DNA of 47,722 nt, the filler included, from Catajapyx aquilonaris (taxonomy: Eukaryota): assembly GCA_000934665.2 (NCBI GenBank). It is 2 parts of 2 records of this genome, joined end to end, with 100 filler letters (N's around TTAATTAATTAA, not from the genome) between each part and the next. Parts side by side here need not be neighbours in the genome. Positions count along the whole stretch, not along the records: positions 1 to 23,823 come from KZ539386.1; positions 23,924 to 47,722 come from JYFJ02005625.1. One strand, given 5' to 3'. This document shows, piece by piece, positions 12,454-25,339 of the stretch (positions are counted from its first letter, which is position 1; the number at the start of each line of letters is the position of its first letter). A program made the position numbers and the translations under genes. The notes under the pieces were generated by a model that saw only the letters and a program-made list of their open reading frames with translations, did no database searches and was not told the origin of the DNA.

Positions 12454-13023
12454 AATGCAAACAAAGGAAGCCTGAGCAGCAACCGAGGAAGAGGTCGCAA
12501 GAAGCGCGGGGTGTTCATCTTAGGAAAGAACGCCATCTTGTATTTGATCGTGATCTTGATGCTTCTGGGAATAATCATCCTGATCGTAGGTCTGGTACAA
12601 CTGAAGCCGGGCGCTGACGCAAATGGACACAAATTCTACATCATCTCGGCCGGATGCTTCTTAATCGGAATTGGAGTCATAATGACTGGGGCTAGATGTT
12701 GCTGCTATCCGGATATCCGAATCCGGAAAACGAGGTCCGGTCAGCATCACATGAAACGAGAACCCGACTCCAGCCTCTCTATGGCTGCTGCTCATCAGCA
12801 TGACGAGAAATTGGCTGCCCAAAATGGTGGCTCTCTGAATAAAAGACAGGATGAGGTGGTGCATGAGCCATCTGGGCCAGATTCCCCTACCCACCAGCCA
12901 AAGGTAGACTCCAACAATGGAGCCTTGCCGCTAACTGGAGGGCTCACACCTCTCAAGTCACCGTCCGAACATGACGCTCTCATCCAGGCTCCGACATCTC
13001 CCGTTGACAATAATCACAGTTAG
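12454..13023 (+). CDS. Two-transmembrane protein paralog 2, coding exon 2 (spliced product 275 aa)
   Basis: Polypyrimidine TCTTGCCTTTCAG acceptor; phase 0, in frame with exon 1; two TM segments (AILYLIVILMLLGIIILIVGLV; FYIISAGCFLIGIGVIMTGA) followed by CCC. Confidence 0.9.
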   Translation, partial: NANKGSLSSNRGRGRKKRGVFILGKNAILYLIVILMLLGIIILIVGLVQLKPGADANGHKFYIISAGCFLIGIGVIMTGARCCCYPDIRIRKTRSGQHHMKREPDSSLSMAAAHQHDEKLAAQNGGSLNKRQDEVVHEPSGPDSPTHQPKVDSNNGALPLTGGLTPLKSPSEHDALIQAPTSPVDNNHS

Positions 13024-13787
13024 GATCGTTCCTATATTGTCCTGGGAAATTCCAAAGAAGTAGCTGGAGAGGGGAAGATAAAAAGAGAAAGAAAGAAAAA
13101 GGGAATGCTGATCCTTCTCTACAAACAAAGGCTGTTTTGACTTCCAAACTCTGCTGGTTAGATTAGGCTCATATTTGCATCTTCTCAAGATGTTCAGGTA
13201 TACTGATAAGCTATTTGTTTTCAAATAATTATGGTACTACATCCAAAATGACTGATGCACAGTATGTTCCACAAAATAATATTTTGTGCTTGATGCTCTC
13301 GTATATTGTTCTCTGAATACGCAGATAATTTGCACATTGATTTGGGGATATAATATGACAAAATGTAAACGATGCTGGAAGCGTGTCCCTTTATAAAATT
13401 AATTTTCATTGAGCCATATCAGAGGTTTGTGGCGTGGCCTTTGTAAATAATTTCCACTGATAAAGATCCACCGTTGGTCTACTTTTCATATGAAACGCAC
13501 AAATGCATACACCTATACAACTGGAGTTAGTATTCGCAACACCATTGTATATGTAGATGGAATCATATGAAGGGTACTTACAGTAATTCTGTAGCATACC
13601 AATAGTACGAAAAAGACACACAAAGAATATATATTTTTTGCGTCTTCTACAGGACAACCGAAGGGCATGAAAATTAACTCATGTCCATCACATTTGCCAC
13701 TGACTTTTTATAGTTTCTATACTGTCACTATATCAAATACTGATTTTGTTTACGGCCATCCAGTTTTATCTTGCATGAAGTGTCTTA

Positions 13788-13896
13788 GGGCCGGTTGCAT
13801 GATAGATGGTAAGGCCGGAACAAATGGTTTATCCCATGTTATTTAGATAGGATTCATTACTTGTGGTGAGATTACCCTCAGCCATGCAACTGAGCC
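13788..13896. mobile_element. Small PIF/Harbinger-type MITE
   Basis: TIR GGGCCGGTTGCATG / CATGCAACTGAGCC; TTA TSD on both sides. Confidence 0.65.
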
Positions 13897-14370
13897 TTAA
13901 TAGGGCATTATATACAGTACATCAGGTACAAAACATAAGAACGAGCTATATATAGCGACAGTTTTTCAGGCCGAATATTTTCAACAATGCGTATTTGCGT
14001 TACTTACATAAATTTATTAAGCTCATTTTCTCACAACATGGGGGTTATTACATAACTTATAATTATTAGCTACATGAAAATAATGTAATAATTACCTCCA
14101 AAATGCCTGAAGCTTGTGGGCCCAATATAACTGGACGAGAGGCAATCAGAAAAAAAATGAACGGATCTGACATACTTATAGAGTTCCATTGTAGACATAA
14201 TATTGTTTGCTTGTATTTTGATGAAAATGTGACCCCAAGTTTTGATATCCATTAATAACAACACTTCTCTCGCAAAGATTTCTCTCAGAGCAGTGGTGGG
14301 AGGGACATTGGTTCATGTATTATTCAGAAAATGTGAGAAAAAGATGTGTACTCTACCTATATACATTAAG

Positions 14371-14606
14371 ACCCGAAATGCAGGACGATTAAAGTCACAT
14401 TTGCCTGATATCTAGATATTAGGGTTTGAAGATTATATTTTCCCTTATAGGAAAAAATTTTCCTTTGGGGAGCTGTATTTTCTATACGGTATCAGAAATG
14501 TCAAATGTGACTTGACCATCATAAAGCACCCATGCAGTGTTATTGAACTAATGCCTGACTCAATTTTGGCAAAAATGTGACTCGGACCGTTCAGCATTTC
14601 AGGTAT
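14371..14606. mobile_element. Degenerate MITE (TTAA-flanked, possibly Kolobok-type)
   Basis: ACCCGAAATGC...GTCACATTT is inverted relative to AAATGTGAC...GCATTTCAGGT. Confidence 0.5.
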
Positions 14607-16199
14607 TCACATGCTTTATGACCTGTTTTGTCGTTTATGTGGAGTGTTCAAAGTGCAGGGCTTTATTATAATGTACAGTACAACCACCATTATTGAGAGA
14701 AGTGAGAAACAGTAGGTAGGTACATAATGATGAGTATGTTATTAATGGATATAGACAAGGCTGTCACATAATGTGGATTGTTATAATATGTATTATTACT
14801 GACTTGATTGTGCTTTATGTATATTCAGAGGTACAAAGCCAGGTCACTGCAGATTATCTTCTTGAAGTGGTGCATAATCGATGCGGGTAATTTACTTTGA
14901 ACTCTCTGATAGATGAGTACGAGCAAGATGTGATTTGTACTTCTTGAGTCTCCCGCGCCAGTCGGCTATTTCACTAACGACTACACTGAAGTTTTGATGT
15001 TTTCCTACCCACAATCGAACAATATATACTCAAACTGAAGTTTATAGCTTATAGCACGTAGCTACAATCCAAAGTCGCAGATATGTTATACTCATTCCTA
15101 AGAATATAGGGCTACATTTTGATCTGAAAAATCTGCACAGTCATATTTGTTTACACCATTGTTACCAGCAGTACCTACTTCTCTCATTTTTAACAAGGAT
15201 ACGATTTTGGCAATTCACTGACCAGTGGCGCGCGTAATATATTCTATAGTGTAATTTTATACGGAAACACGTTCCTGCCCTAATTGTGACTCAAAAAACC
15301 TGTAATCATTGACTACACCAGAAAACATGTCATAATATACAGCATCATAGTTACAAAGTACTGTATTTGTGACAAGTAGACTTCTATTTAACTTATAGGG
15401 GCCTACAGTATATAGTCCGATACAAATGTGCATTTTCGTTATTGTTTATTAACCCGCCATCATTTGCATGGAGGTCATATATTCGTCACTCACTTTTCTG
15501 CCACGACTACGGCTAAATGTTATTCCGCCCTTTCTCTCTTTTTTTACAAAAATGTATCGGGTATAAATGTGTATGGTGTTTCAATATATAGCATGCAATT
15601 GTTTAAATAGGTGCTAAAGGCTTGTGCAAAGTTACTTGTGTTACGTGCGTGTAGCATTACTTTAAGAATGTTTCTTATAAAGATTCTAAAGTGATGATAA
15701 TCCTCGTGAACTCATCCCTTTCGCATTGTTTGAACCCTGTATCGTGCAGCCTATATGTGGGGATACTGACCGAGAAAGTTTGTTAAATGGAACTTTTCAT
15801 CATTATGAAATATTTTGCTTCGATGTTATAATTTGCTGCAATACGCTACTGTCAGAAATGATTTTGAATAATGATTTTTACACTGGTAGCATTCAATCAT
15901 GATACGTTCGGAATGTCACTCCCTGGTCACAGATGTTCAGCGGGAGCTGATCAGCTTTTTACATAAAAACCCTTCTTGAAGCGGCATTTTAAAAGGTTCT
16001 CTCTTGCCTACTAATTTTCCCAGCAATTTGTGACCTTTGCTTTCAAGAATTTAAAGCAAAATCTATCTAACCATGGTGATCTCTCACTATATGCAGAATC
16101 GATAATCACAATCCAACCATGCCAAGTGGAATCATTCCAGGTGACCATCATTCCGAGAGATGACTGACTTGTGAGTGCACCTTATCGCGCGTCCGGAAA

Positions 16200-16650
16200 G
16201 TTTCTTGAGTGAGTAGGCTACTGTATAACCATATACTATCTGGAATGTCTCAAGCCTTTTCTGCAAGTGCTTCCGCGGTATTCTGGAATGCTTGGGGAGA
16301 AGGCCTGTCTATCATGATTCATAGGAGGAAATTTCAGAACATCTTGAGAATATTCCCTTTTTTGTGCGAAAACTCTTTATACTCCCGCTTTTTTACGGAC
16401 ACTACTGTGCATACACTGGACGAGTCCGTGAATCCCTTCAAAGGGTTGTTACATTTCAACAGTAAATTACAGTCTACTTATCAGTGGCGCCGGTATGGTT
16501 ACATCGAGCCAGAAAATAGGCTGTGGATGTCTTACCAAAGAAATAGCCATGTGGAAACAATAAGATGTAAAGTTCTACAGAATCCACAATGTGATTCTTG
16601 TTTTCGAATGGTTCGTCGCCTCTTATCTGACGAGACCGGCTGAAATAGGG
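16200..16650 (+). pseudogene. Highly decayed piggyBac transposase fragment
   Basis: IHRRKFQNILRIFPF resembles MSRxRFxxILRFLHF; TLDESVNPFKGLLHF resembles the first catalytic motif SIDESMVPFKGRLSF. Confidence 0.5.
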
Positions 16651-19600
16651 TAAGAAGCACAAAATTAATGATGGGAGGGCTGACAAGTCATCAACACAGC
16701 TTGAAGAATGTCTCAGACTTTCATTTGACATACGTCCCAAGTTGTGAGTAGAATACAACTTAGTCTGAAAAACCGAAGAACAAATCATTCATGTGGATAG
16801 ACTGCAGGTGGGATCCAGGTGAGATGCGTCATAGCATGACGTCATGATACAATAAATGGGGTGTGCCACATGCTGCGCGAATAACAACAATGTTGGAGAA
16901 CAGGTGAGGGAGGGATCCCCTTCTCGCTTACCATACACGATACAATGGTTTAGAGTAGTCAGTGCTGTGCGAGGCAGTCAGTTAATCGGCCACATCGACA
17001 TCTGTCACTTTCTAAGGGCTCCAAGTGAGTACCATACAGCCTCAAACAGACCTCCATGATGCAGTCACTTTTGTCTCAAAGTACGCCCACATACAGTAGG
17101 TATGAAAGGGTAGGGAAAGGGTGTAATATTGAGCGAATTTCCTAGGCTTCGGACCTGCCGCTGACTTTGCAACAGCTAAATTAATCACATTCTGAAAACT
17201 GGGCTTGTAAATTGTTATGGCGAAAGGTCCCCTGTCACATAATTCTATTATGACCTAGTCGCAGCACTTTTCCCTGCCTATACCATTTACGACTGAATCA
17301 TTCACTCGATAACTTCATGAGTTGTGTCAAGTATAAAATCATTTTTGAAGGGATTTACTGATTCGCTGTGTATGTGTAGGCCTATCTGTTATGCGTTTGC
17401 GTATACTGTATGTAGCCATTAATTTGCAACTGCACTAGACAGACAATTATATTATCTACTTGGTATACGTAGACTATAATACATATGCAACATTACTGTC
17501 TGTCAGGGGTCGAATCAGCTGTTTGGTGTAATCGGCTAATACTGTATTTCAATGCTGTAACTCCTCCACATTTGCATTCATTGCCATTTTGTGATCCCGC
17601 ATTAATGCATTAAATGTCAGAATGTTCATATGTTTGTGGCAATTGGTTCGTCCAAGTCGCACTGGATATGTAGCCCCGATGAGTTCAAAGTTAGCTGACT
17701 GTGAGATGTTGGGTAGAAGGGATTGAAAATGTGCGCTATAATGGTTACAGGTAGCTCTAGGTACCTGCGATACAGTTATTTTTTGTGCAATTTTTGTGTC
17801 ATTAGTAGACAACTTATTTTTAGTCACATATTGTTCATTAAAACTGAACGTAATGATTACGCAATACTTTTTGCACATCGTGGTATTACTCCAAATGGAG
17901 CATTAAAATGGGATACCTCATCGAGTTCATTAATATCAGTTTTAGCGCCTGCTATTAAAAGAAAGTTAGGGAAACTATCCGATAATGTAGAGGATTCACA
18001 TTACATAATCGGACATCATGGGTGATTTTCTTCCTAATTTGAGTTTATTCAAACTGCCCTTAGTGACCAATATATTAGTGTCTCAAAAATAAGTTTTAAT
18101 TTGTTGATGCCACCAAAATTGAAATGAAAATTATTGCAAGTACTGAGCGATCTACTACCATTTCACACTCTTGAAAATTTTTTCAAAATTTGAAGAACAC
18201 TTTCACCGCAGTATCTCAGATCTGTATTCATGATGGGAAATCTCTCTTTCACTTTGCCAGTGCACACTATCAAGCACCATTTTTACCAAAATTCGTAGTT
18301 AACAGAGCAGAATAGGTTGTCCTACTTTCTAACTTGCTAGCATTATTATTTTAACCCTAACTTCTTCTAGCACGATTCTGTCAATAGCCTGTTTTCTCCT
18401 AAACCAGGGGCAGGCAAAGGTTTCCGAGCCGAAATTTTATTTCGAATGTCTCGGAATTGTACAGAGGTTCACATTTAAGATCGTTTCTTGGGGCAGTTCT
18501 ACGCGTCAATTTTTGCTATTACCAAGTTTAAAGAAAATGGTTTTATAGTTACATCAGTGGCATGTGAAATGACGGAAAGAAGACAATTAGGTTGAATTAC
18601 TGCTTTTGTGACCAAATTCTTAGAGTAGTTTTCATATACCAGGTGAGACCACCTGAGCTCAAGCAGTGTAGGAGGTAGGATTAGGACACCTAATCCCCAT
18701 TCCTTGAAGATGGAGCTGAATATCGGAAATGTGGCGTGCTGCATGCCAGGGTCGAGAGTATACGGCAGGCTAAATTAAGCGAGAAATGCTATAAATGAGG
18801 AACAGTTATTATAATAACAGTGTGTTTTATATGCAGCATGTTCCATGTTTTAAAAATATGTGGCGTAAATAAGTATGTGGGCTCTGAGGCACGCGTTCAA
18901 AATCCCTGTCATATTCACTCCTGAAGGATATGATCACGTTTAGTGCACCAGTCCACACTGCATATTGGTTGAATTGCTTATAAACATGGACCACTGACAG
19001 AGTTGGACAATATGCACAACAAAATTAATATGTTGAAGCAAAATGAATGCACAAACCATCATAATATAAATTATAGTATTGTGGTGCATAATTATAATAA
19101 CTTGATTATGCCGCTGGAGTATGAGTACAAGAACAAGGATGGCTGTCCAATATGGACAGTAGCAGAAGCACTTGCTCCTGGATTATACTTACCAACACCT
19201 AATACAGTACCGTATCTCATCCACTGACATGCTGGTATTACTCCTGAAACTTCACCGTGGCGCTTATTATATTGTCACAAAAATGAACAAAACTGTCTTA
19301 TAATTATTGTTAGAAATAATAAGAATACGAGAAACTTCACCAAAGGCTTTGAAAATGATATTACTCTTAAGTGAAATTTTTATATGTGGCAAAGCATTCA
19401 CTGAGGCCGTAACTCTAGAAAACTATGATCTCTATGTGAAGGGGTTTTCCTCCTTCAGTGCAACATACATGGCTCAGATTTTGCAGTATAACTTACTTCC
19501 AAGTAGCCTATACTAAGCTTACACTTTGCCAATATTAATTCTTCCACATCAATAGCATCAGTAGTTGAATAGCTCCTGTCTGTAAAAACTATTTTATCAC

Positions 19601-21168
19601 TCCCCTTAGCTTATGGAATAATGTTATATTCAACGCAACCATTTAGATATTCGGACATCATGTCAAAAAATGCACCAAATTACAGTGATCTGGTGCATTC
19701 GGAAAAATATCATTACGTTGAAGACTTCAGAGAAGCAACTATTTGTTGTATAATTACACAGAAGACTTTCATCTTCCGAGGCCGAGCGTGTTCTAAAAAA
19801 TTATAAGCGCTTGATTTTAATGACATGATTCTTACCCTACCAGGTTCCACCCTCTCCTTGCCTTTTCAAATAGGTCTGCAGTTTACACAGTAAAGTTTTC
19901 CCTCGTGGGCTTCTTATTGACCTTAACCACATGCCGCAGGCCTCTGCCAAAACAGTGTTTTTTTTATTTTTGCTGATATTTTCACATAATTTTGTCATCA
20001 CTGATTTGGTGTATGAATGAAGTCATTTCCTGAGTTTCTACCATTTTGGGCCAGGTGAACAACGTTATTTTCTACCACATTTTTTACTATAGTTATAATT
20101 ATGGCAAGGAAACTACCTTGTTATGTTGTTGCCATTGCATTGATTGCATTGATTTCCGTGACAATGTTTATTACGAAACTGTTTTGGTAGAAAATGTAAT
20201 TTGCCGAAAATTGTTAGGGTACTTGAAATGTAAATTGTCGCTGAAAGGTACGTGCCTAACTTTCTGAGCAATGTTTTAATGCAAAAAATAATATTATGTA
20301 AAATTTTATGTAACAAATATAATTTGGAAGCTATATTCATTCAAAATTCTTATTTCACATCAGGGAACCGTTTGGCGCCACCAGCACTGCCAATAAACAT
20401 TGCCGCATGCAATTTTGTTTCCTTTGTGATAGTCCCAAGAGCTCCTAAAGCACAGTCAATTGGCATTTAAAAAATTTGTACTTTTTGCACACACATTAGC
20501 ACATTCTCTTAATAGTGTAATAGTTTAGATGATTTTTAAATTTTAACAGCCTTTGGTGATGTTACAGTTGAATTTTCCAATATAGGGTTCAGTAAAGAGG
20601 CCCAAGACGCCTTCCACAACCCTCTAACCTCTTTACCACACACTATATGCTGTCTCTCTCTTTAACTGTCTCTAATATTACTGATTAGATTGTGTAGTAT
20701 ATGCAGCAGCATTTTCATGAAATTTTTCAATGCCGTTTTAAAAACTAAGCTCTGAAGGAAAAGTGGATTATAATATATTATTGCATTTTGTGTTGTTCCG
20801 TGTTGTCTTTCCATGTTATATAGCATGCCAAGGGAAGGGGGGAGGGGGGAGTCGCATATGGCCTTATATTGTAAAATGTGTACCACGACACAACATGGCC
20901 AACTTTTGAATTCGAGCCTTCAGTGTTTTATTTTGTGCTGTCTGTTGTGCTTGATTGTTGAAACAACCTAATGTTTTGTGTGTATGTTTGGAGACACAAA
21001 ACAACTGTTTGAAAAATGCCTTGTAATTTCGTATATACTGTACCCTGTATATCGCTGTCTCTTGCAGAGTGATAAGATGCAGTATTTATGTGATGTTTTG
21101 TAAGTCTACTGGTGAGAAAGATAATTGGTAACCATGAACTTTAGACTAGACTTGTGGGGAAAATAGTA

Positions 21169-21170
<2 letters not shown>

Positions 21171-21243
<73 letters not shown>
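21171..21243. repeat. (TTA)n microsatellite
   Basis: Direct. Confidence 0.95.
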
Positions 21244-21379
21244 CGTAAGGTGTGAACTTCTCTTTGTCTTCATCAATCAATGGAACTGCTGATTTGTGTA
21301 TGGCGATTACTGGAACACGTTTCCGGATTTGATCCAGATGGAAACCTTCCTTAAATAAAGATCTTACAATGTTGGATAT

Positions 21380-21670
21380 CTGCTGCTTTTATTGTAATAT
21401 GAAGGTTGGAAAACACCGGGAGTGGAAACACCGTTCGATGTATGGGTGATGTCTGCAGGTGAGAATAGCTGTGCTTCAGTGCAGGAAATACCCCAAGCAG
21501 TACTTTCAGAGTCTACCGAAGTACTGTATGCATGAATTTTATTTTCTAACCTCTTTTCTCGACATGGACAGATAGTGTCACACTGCTTTCTGTCAAAAAA
21601 TACTCCCTTCCCATTGGCAGCCAACAGCCATGATTCTCCTTCCAGGAGTGCGTAGAAGTGCTCTGCGGAA
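21380..21670 (-). pseudogene. Possible decayed Harbinger (HARBI1-like) transposase fragment
   Basis: Minus-strand frame EGESWLLAANG...EKRLENKIHA...ESTAWGI...QLFSP loosely follows the order WLLGDSGY...ExRYNxAH...ERxFG...LQYSP; weak. Confidence 0.25.
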
Positions 21671-21795
21671 TATAGCCTACATAATTATATCGTTGGTGCA
21701 CAATATCAGAAGTTCTTTCGTCCAGTCGTATACTGAGGGAATAACAACATACTATACATTATGTAGTACAAAAAAGTAATGTAGAGGCCTATGGC

Positions 21796-22003
21796 AGTGG
21801 TTCCCAACCTGGGGGTCGCGAAGGATTTTCTGTGTGGTCGCAGGGTGTTTTTACATTAACACTCAGCCGCGAATTGTGCATTTGTTTGCCTGATTCAAGT
21901 GCAACCCTCTCAGTAAATGTTGGGTTGTTTAAATAATAGGTTATACGTATTTTATATTTTTAAACCCTTTTTACGCCTTTTTTACGCAAATGGGGGGGGG
22001 GGG
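21796..22003. mobile_element. hAT (Charlie-like) MITE left end, truncated by an N gap
   Basis: CAGTGGTTCCCAACCTGGGGG is identical to the start of 33892-34307. Confidence 0.65.
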
Positions 22004-22028
22004 NNNNNNNNNNNNNNNNNNNNNNNNN

Positions 22029-22450
22029 CAGGGTGTATCTGAACTCAGTGCCCCGACGTATATGACTGCCTTCCTAGCCACCAGAGGATCGATTTAAGTA
22101 TAGGAATCATTATGTTTGGCCGCCGCATTACGGAGATAATTGGCCGCAAACATGTACAAAATATCCTGTCGGTTAGGCCACCCATCGAACCCTCCCCCAG
22201 TCAGAAGGCTCTGGAAGGTCTGGGGACGTGACTTTGTTGGTTTGTTGCCCACAGGTGGTAAGGCCTCTTTGGCTAGTTACACCAGAAAAATCTATTTAAA
22301 AGTCAGAAGGAGCGATTAGGCAAAAATCGCTAAAGAGTGTATCTCAGTAATGAGGCTGCCCAGACATAATGACTCCTCTACATAAGTTGATCCTCTGGTG
22401 GCTAGGAAGGCAGTCATATACGTCGGGGCACTGAGTTCAGATACACCCTG
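22029..22450. mobile_element. Tc1/mariner-type MITE
   Basis: Near-perfect TIR of about 60 bp starting CAGGGTGTATCTGAACTC; TA on the right flank (left flank lies in the gap). Confidence 0.9.
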
Positions 22451-22830
22451 TATATATGGTCATAATGATTTATGATATTTTCACAGGGATTTATGACCAA
22501 GTGAATATTAGATTCCAGTAGTTCGTCTCGAGTCGAACCCATCATCATGAGTAGAGTCCGTGTTTTTAGGCAAGTGCCTATTTAGTTCCTTAACAGTTGG
22601 GATCGTTTTGTGAAGAGATCTATCCGTTTCATAAGTGCAGGATGTGGAAAATGTAGGTTTTATAGTGCCTAAAATTGCCTATTTCGTGGTTTTGGGAACA
22701 ATTTTGCCTATTCTGGCTTTCTGCAACTTTTCATGCCTATTTCACCTTTATTGGGATAGTTGAACTTTTTGAAGCAATTTCGGGATTTTTGAGCCTATTA
22801 CGGACCAATTTTTTCATAGGCTGCATGTTT

Positions 22831-23098
22831 TTTTAAAAAATACCCCGTTATCAGCCGGCGGCTCTTTAGGGGGGGAGGGAGTTCATCCCAATTTTGTTTT
22901 GACTGGAACTCTTTGCTTTTTGGGATAGGATAGGGATGGATGGAAGCGGCTGTGGCCTATTATTTAGGAAGCAATCCCGGAATTCTCCTGGATCGACAGC
23001 AGAAAACCACGGTTAGGCTTTCCGGCCCCGGGACTCGAACCCAGGACCTCCCGATTAGCAACCGAACACCTTATCCACTCCACCAAACTGCTTCGGTA
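22831..23098 (-). mobile_element. tRNA-derived SINE family D, full length
   Basis: A-box TGGTGGAGTGG and B-box GTTCGAGTCC on the minus strand; 15-bp TSD ATAGGCTGCATGTTT (22816-22830, 23099-23113). Confidence 0.9.
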
Positions 23099-23315
23099 AT
23101 AGGCTGCATGTTTGGTTTTTTTGCGGAGTATTTTTTGTGCTCCTGAAAGGTCCCAAATCGTTCAGAAGTAATACGAATCATATTTCCGTGACGCGTATGC
23201 CAAATACATTTCCAAATTTTCCTCTGATTGTTCCAAACAGGAAAATTTAGAAAAATATTTGGCAACATATTGTGCAAGTGGAAACTGGCTGTGAGCGGTA
23301 ATATAGAGCCCAGAG

Positions 23316-23571
23316 AGGGCGACACGGTGGCGGAGTGGTTAGCGCCGCAGCCTTCCACCTCTAAGGTCCCGAGTTCGATCCCCTGGTCGCGCAGAGGATA
23401 TGCCTACTTATGTGGATAGAGTTTCGATGGGTTCTCTCCGTGTTCGCGTGGGTTTTCTTGGGGTTCTCCAGCTTCCTCTCGCAGTCAAAATTCATCACAC
23501 GCAGGCACCGATTAAAGTCGGTTCACGAAAAGATGATCCCCTAAGAGGCCCAAGGCCTATCACGGGATATC

Positions 23572-23620
<49 letters not shown>
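23316..23620 (+). mobile_element. SINE family B (V-SINE-like), full length, with (TTA)n tail
   Basis: A-box TGGCGGAGTGG, B-box GTTCGATCC, V-like core; TSD GAG(C/T)CCAGAG. Confidence 0.9.
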
Positions 23621-24154
23621 GAGTCCAGAGCAAGTAATACTTGCTTGCACTTTGTGTCTTTTGCCCAAGTTCAGTGATTTCCTGTCAGTTTATCGTTGTT
23701 ATACGCCATATACGGTTTTTGCTATGTAGTCCGGCGGCTTAATGCCGATATGTGGCTGAATTATGCACTTCGAGCCAAAAGCGATTTTAATTTTTTTTCG
23801 TGATGTACGCACCATAAGGAGCANNNNNNNNNNNNNNNNNNNNNNNNNNNNNNNNNNNNNNNNNNNNTTAATTAATTAANNNNNNNNNNNNNNNNNNNNN
23901 NNNNNNNNNNNNNNNNNNNNNNNCCGTCGCTGGGTCGTCCGCGTCACTCACTCGATTTGTAAACAGTGGCAACAATGGAAGCGCTCTCCATGGGCTGATG
24001 TTTGAATTGGCCCGCCGGACAGGGTTGCCAGGTAACCCCGCCGCCGCCGCTGCCGGAAAAAAACATTCAGCGACGGCTATTATGTCCAGCACTGTATCTC
24101 ATCAAATAAAGGTCCTTGCGATATGCCCCAGGCGGGGGCGAAAGCACATTAACC

Positions 24155-24155
<1 letters not shown>

Positions 24156-24225
<70 letters not shown>
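24156..24225. repeat. (TTA)n microsatellite, probably the tail of a retroposon starting in the gap
   Basis: Direct; preceded by CCA like the family B tail. Confidence 0.85.
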
Positions 24226-24559
24226 GTTATAGCGGTTATGTTACGCACGGCCTAGACTATAGGAGATGCTCAGTAGATCTGGCGGGTGCGGCGTTTCAAT
24301 GCGGGTCGAATTGTATACTGTATAGGCGGCATGGGCTATAAACACTTCGCGCTGGTGAGATATGGATATTTTATCTACGATTACGTCATGTTTGAGTCAT
24401 TGATGAGTCATGCGGAGGGAGTTGCGGCGGAAACTTTTGTTACACCCTGTATCTCTATTAATTACAGGAATAAGTGTTCCAAAGGTTATGGACAACAAGA
24501 CAGACAGTCAGGCAATGTACTGTAATAACACTCACAAGGGAACGACCAAGGTCGGTCGC

Positions 24560-25040
24560 CTCCGATTTGGTTGAAACTCGCTTGAGGGGTCACTTATGTA
24601 CCTGGTGTCCAACAAGAATTGTCGCAAGCGGCAGCGCACGATCTACAGTCTTTCGTATACCTGTGCTCGTAGATTGTAGTTCGTGCTCTGCCGCTGTGAC
24701 AATTCTTGTTGGACTGATAGAGTGATAGTACGATAGACACAGTGGTGAAAGTCCTAGATGCCACTGTCCAGCCGTTTCCGAGATATGAGCACAAAAATAT
24801 CCGAATTTTGGCCGCGCGTACCGGCGCGACGCGGCGCTTACAGGTGTCGGGCGGGAAGGGACAAGTGCAAGGCGCGGCATCGGCAAGGCCCCTATTCCCC
24901 TATACGCGTGGACAAAATTCAGATGTTTCTGTCGCTCATATCTCGGAAACGGCTGGACAGTGTCATTTAGGACTTTCACCACAGTGTCTATCCCACATGA
25001 GTGACACCTCAAGCGAGTTTCAACACAATCAGAAGGGTAT
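24560..25040. mobile_element. Foldback element with a second small hairpin element (about 24607-24714) inserted in its left arm
   Basis: TTGAAACTCGCTTGAGG/CCTCAAGCGAGTTTCAA and 24732-24820 vs 24902-24992 are inverted; inner GTCCAACAAGAATTGTC/GACAATTCTTGTTGGAC. Confidence 0.8.
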
Positions 25041-25339
25041 TGATCAGCGTTGAAAGGTGTAGGCTACTGGCGAATTTAGTTTCGTTAGATTATGCCACCG
25101 TTTCATATTAACTATTTTGAATGTGCTTTACGGGAGCGAGTATTTATAACTAGTATCCAAAATTGAGTTGGGGATTTGGGTGATAATAATTTATTGGTTT
25201 CTTAGTGTTTCTGAATAATAGTATTTTTTTGGCAGCGAGCAAGTTTCTGTAAGATCGTTTCAAATTTAGATAATGCTGTTTGTCCAAAAAGGCTTGCGTT
25301 TGAATTCCTTTTTTAGCGCAGTACTCTACATAGGATAGT

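Noticed and set aside
23400..24255. Poly-Leu membrane-protein ORFs
   Set aside because: These are translations of (TTA)n tails of retroposons
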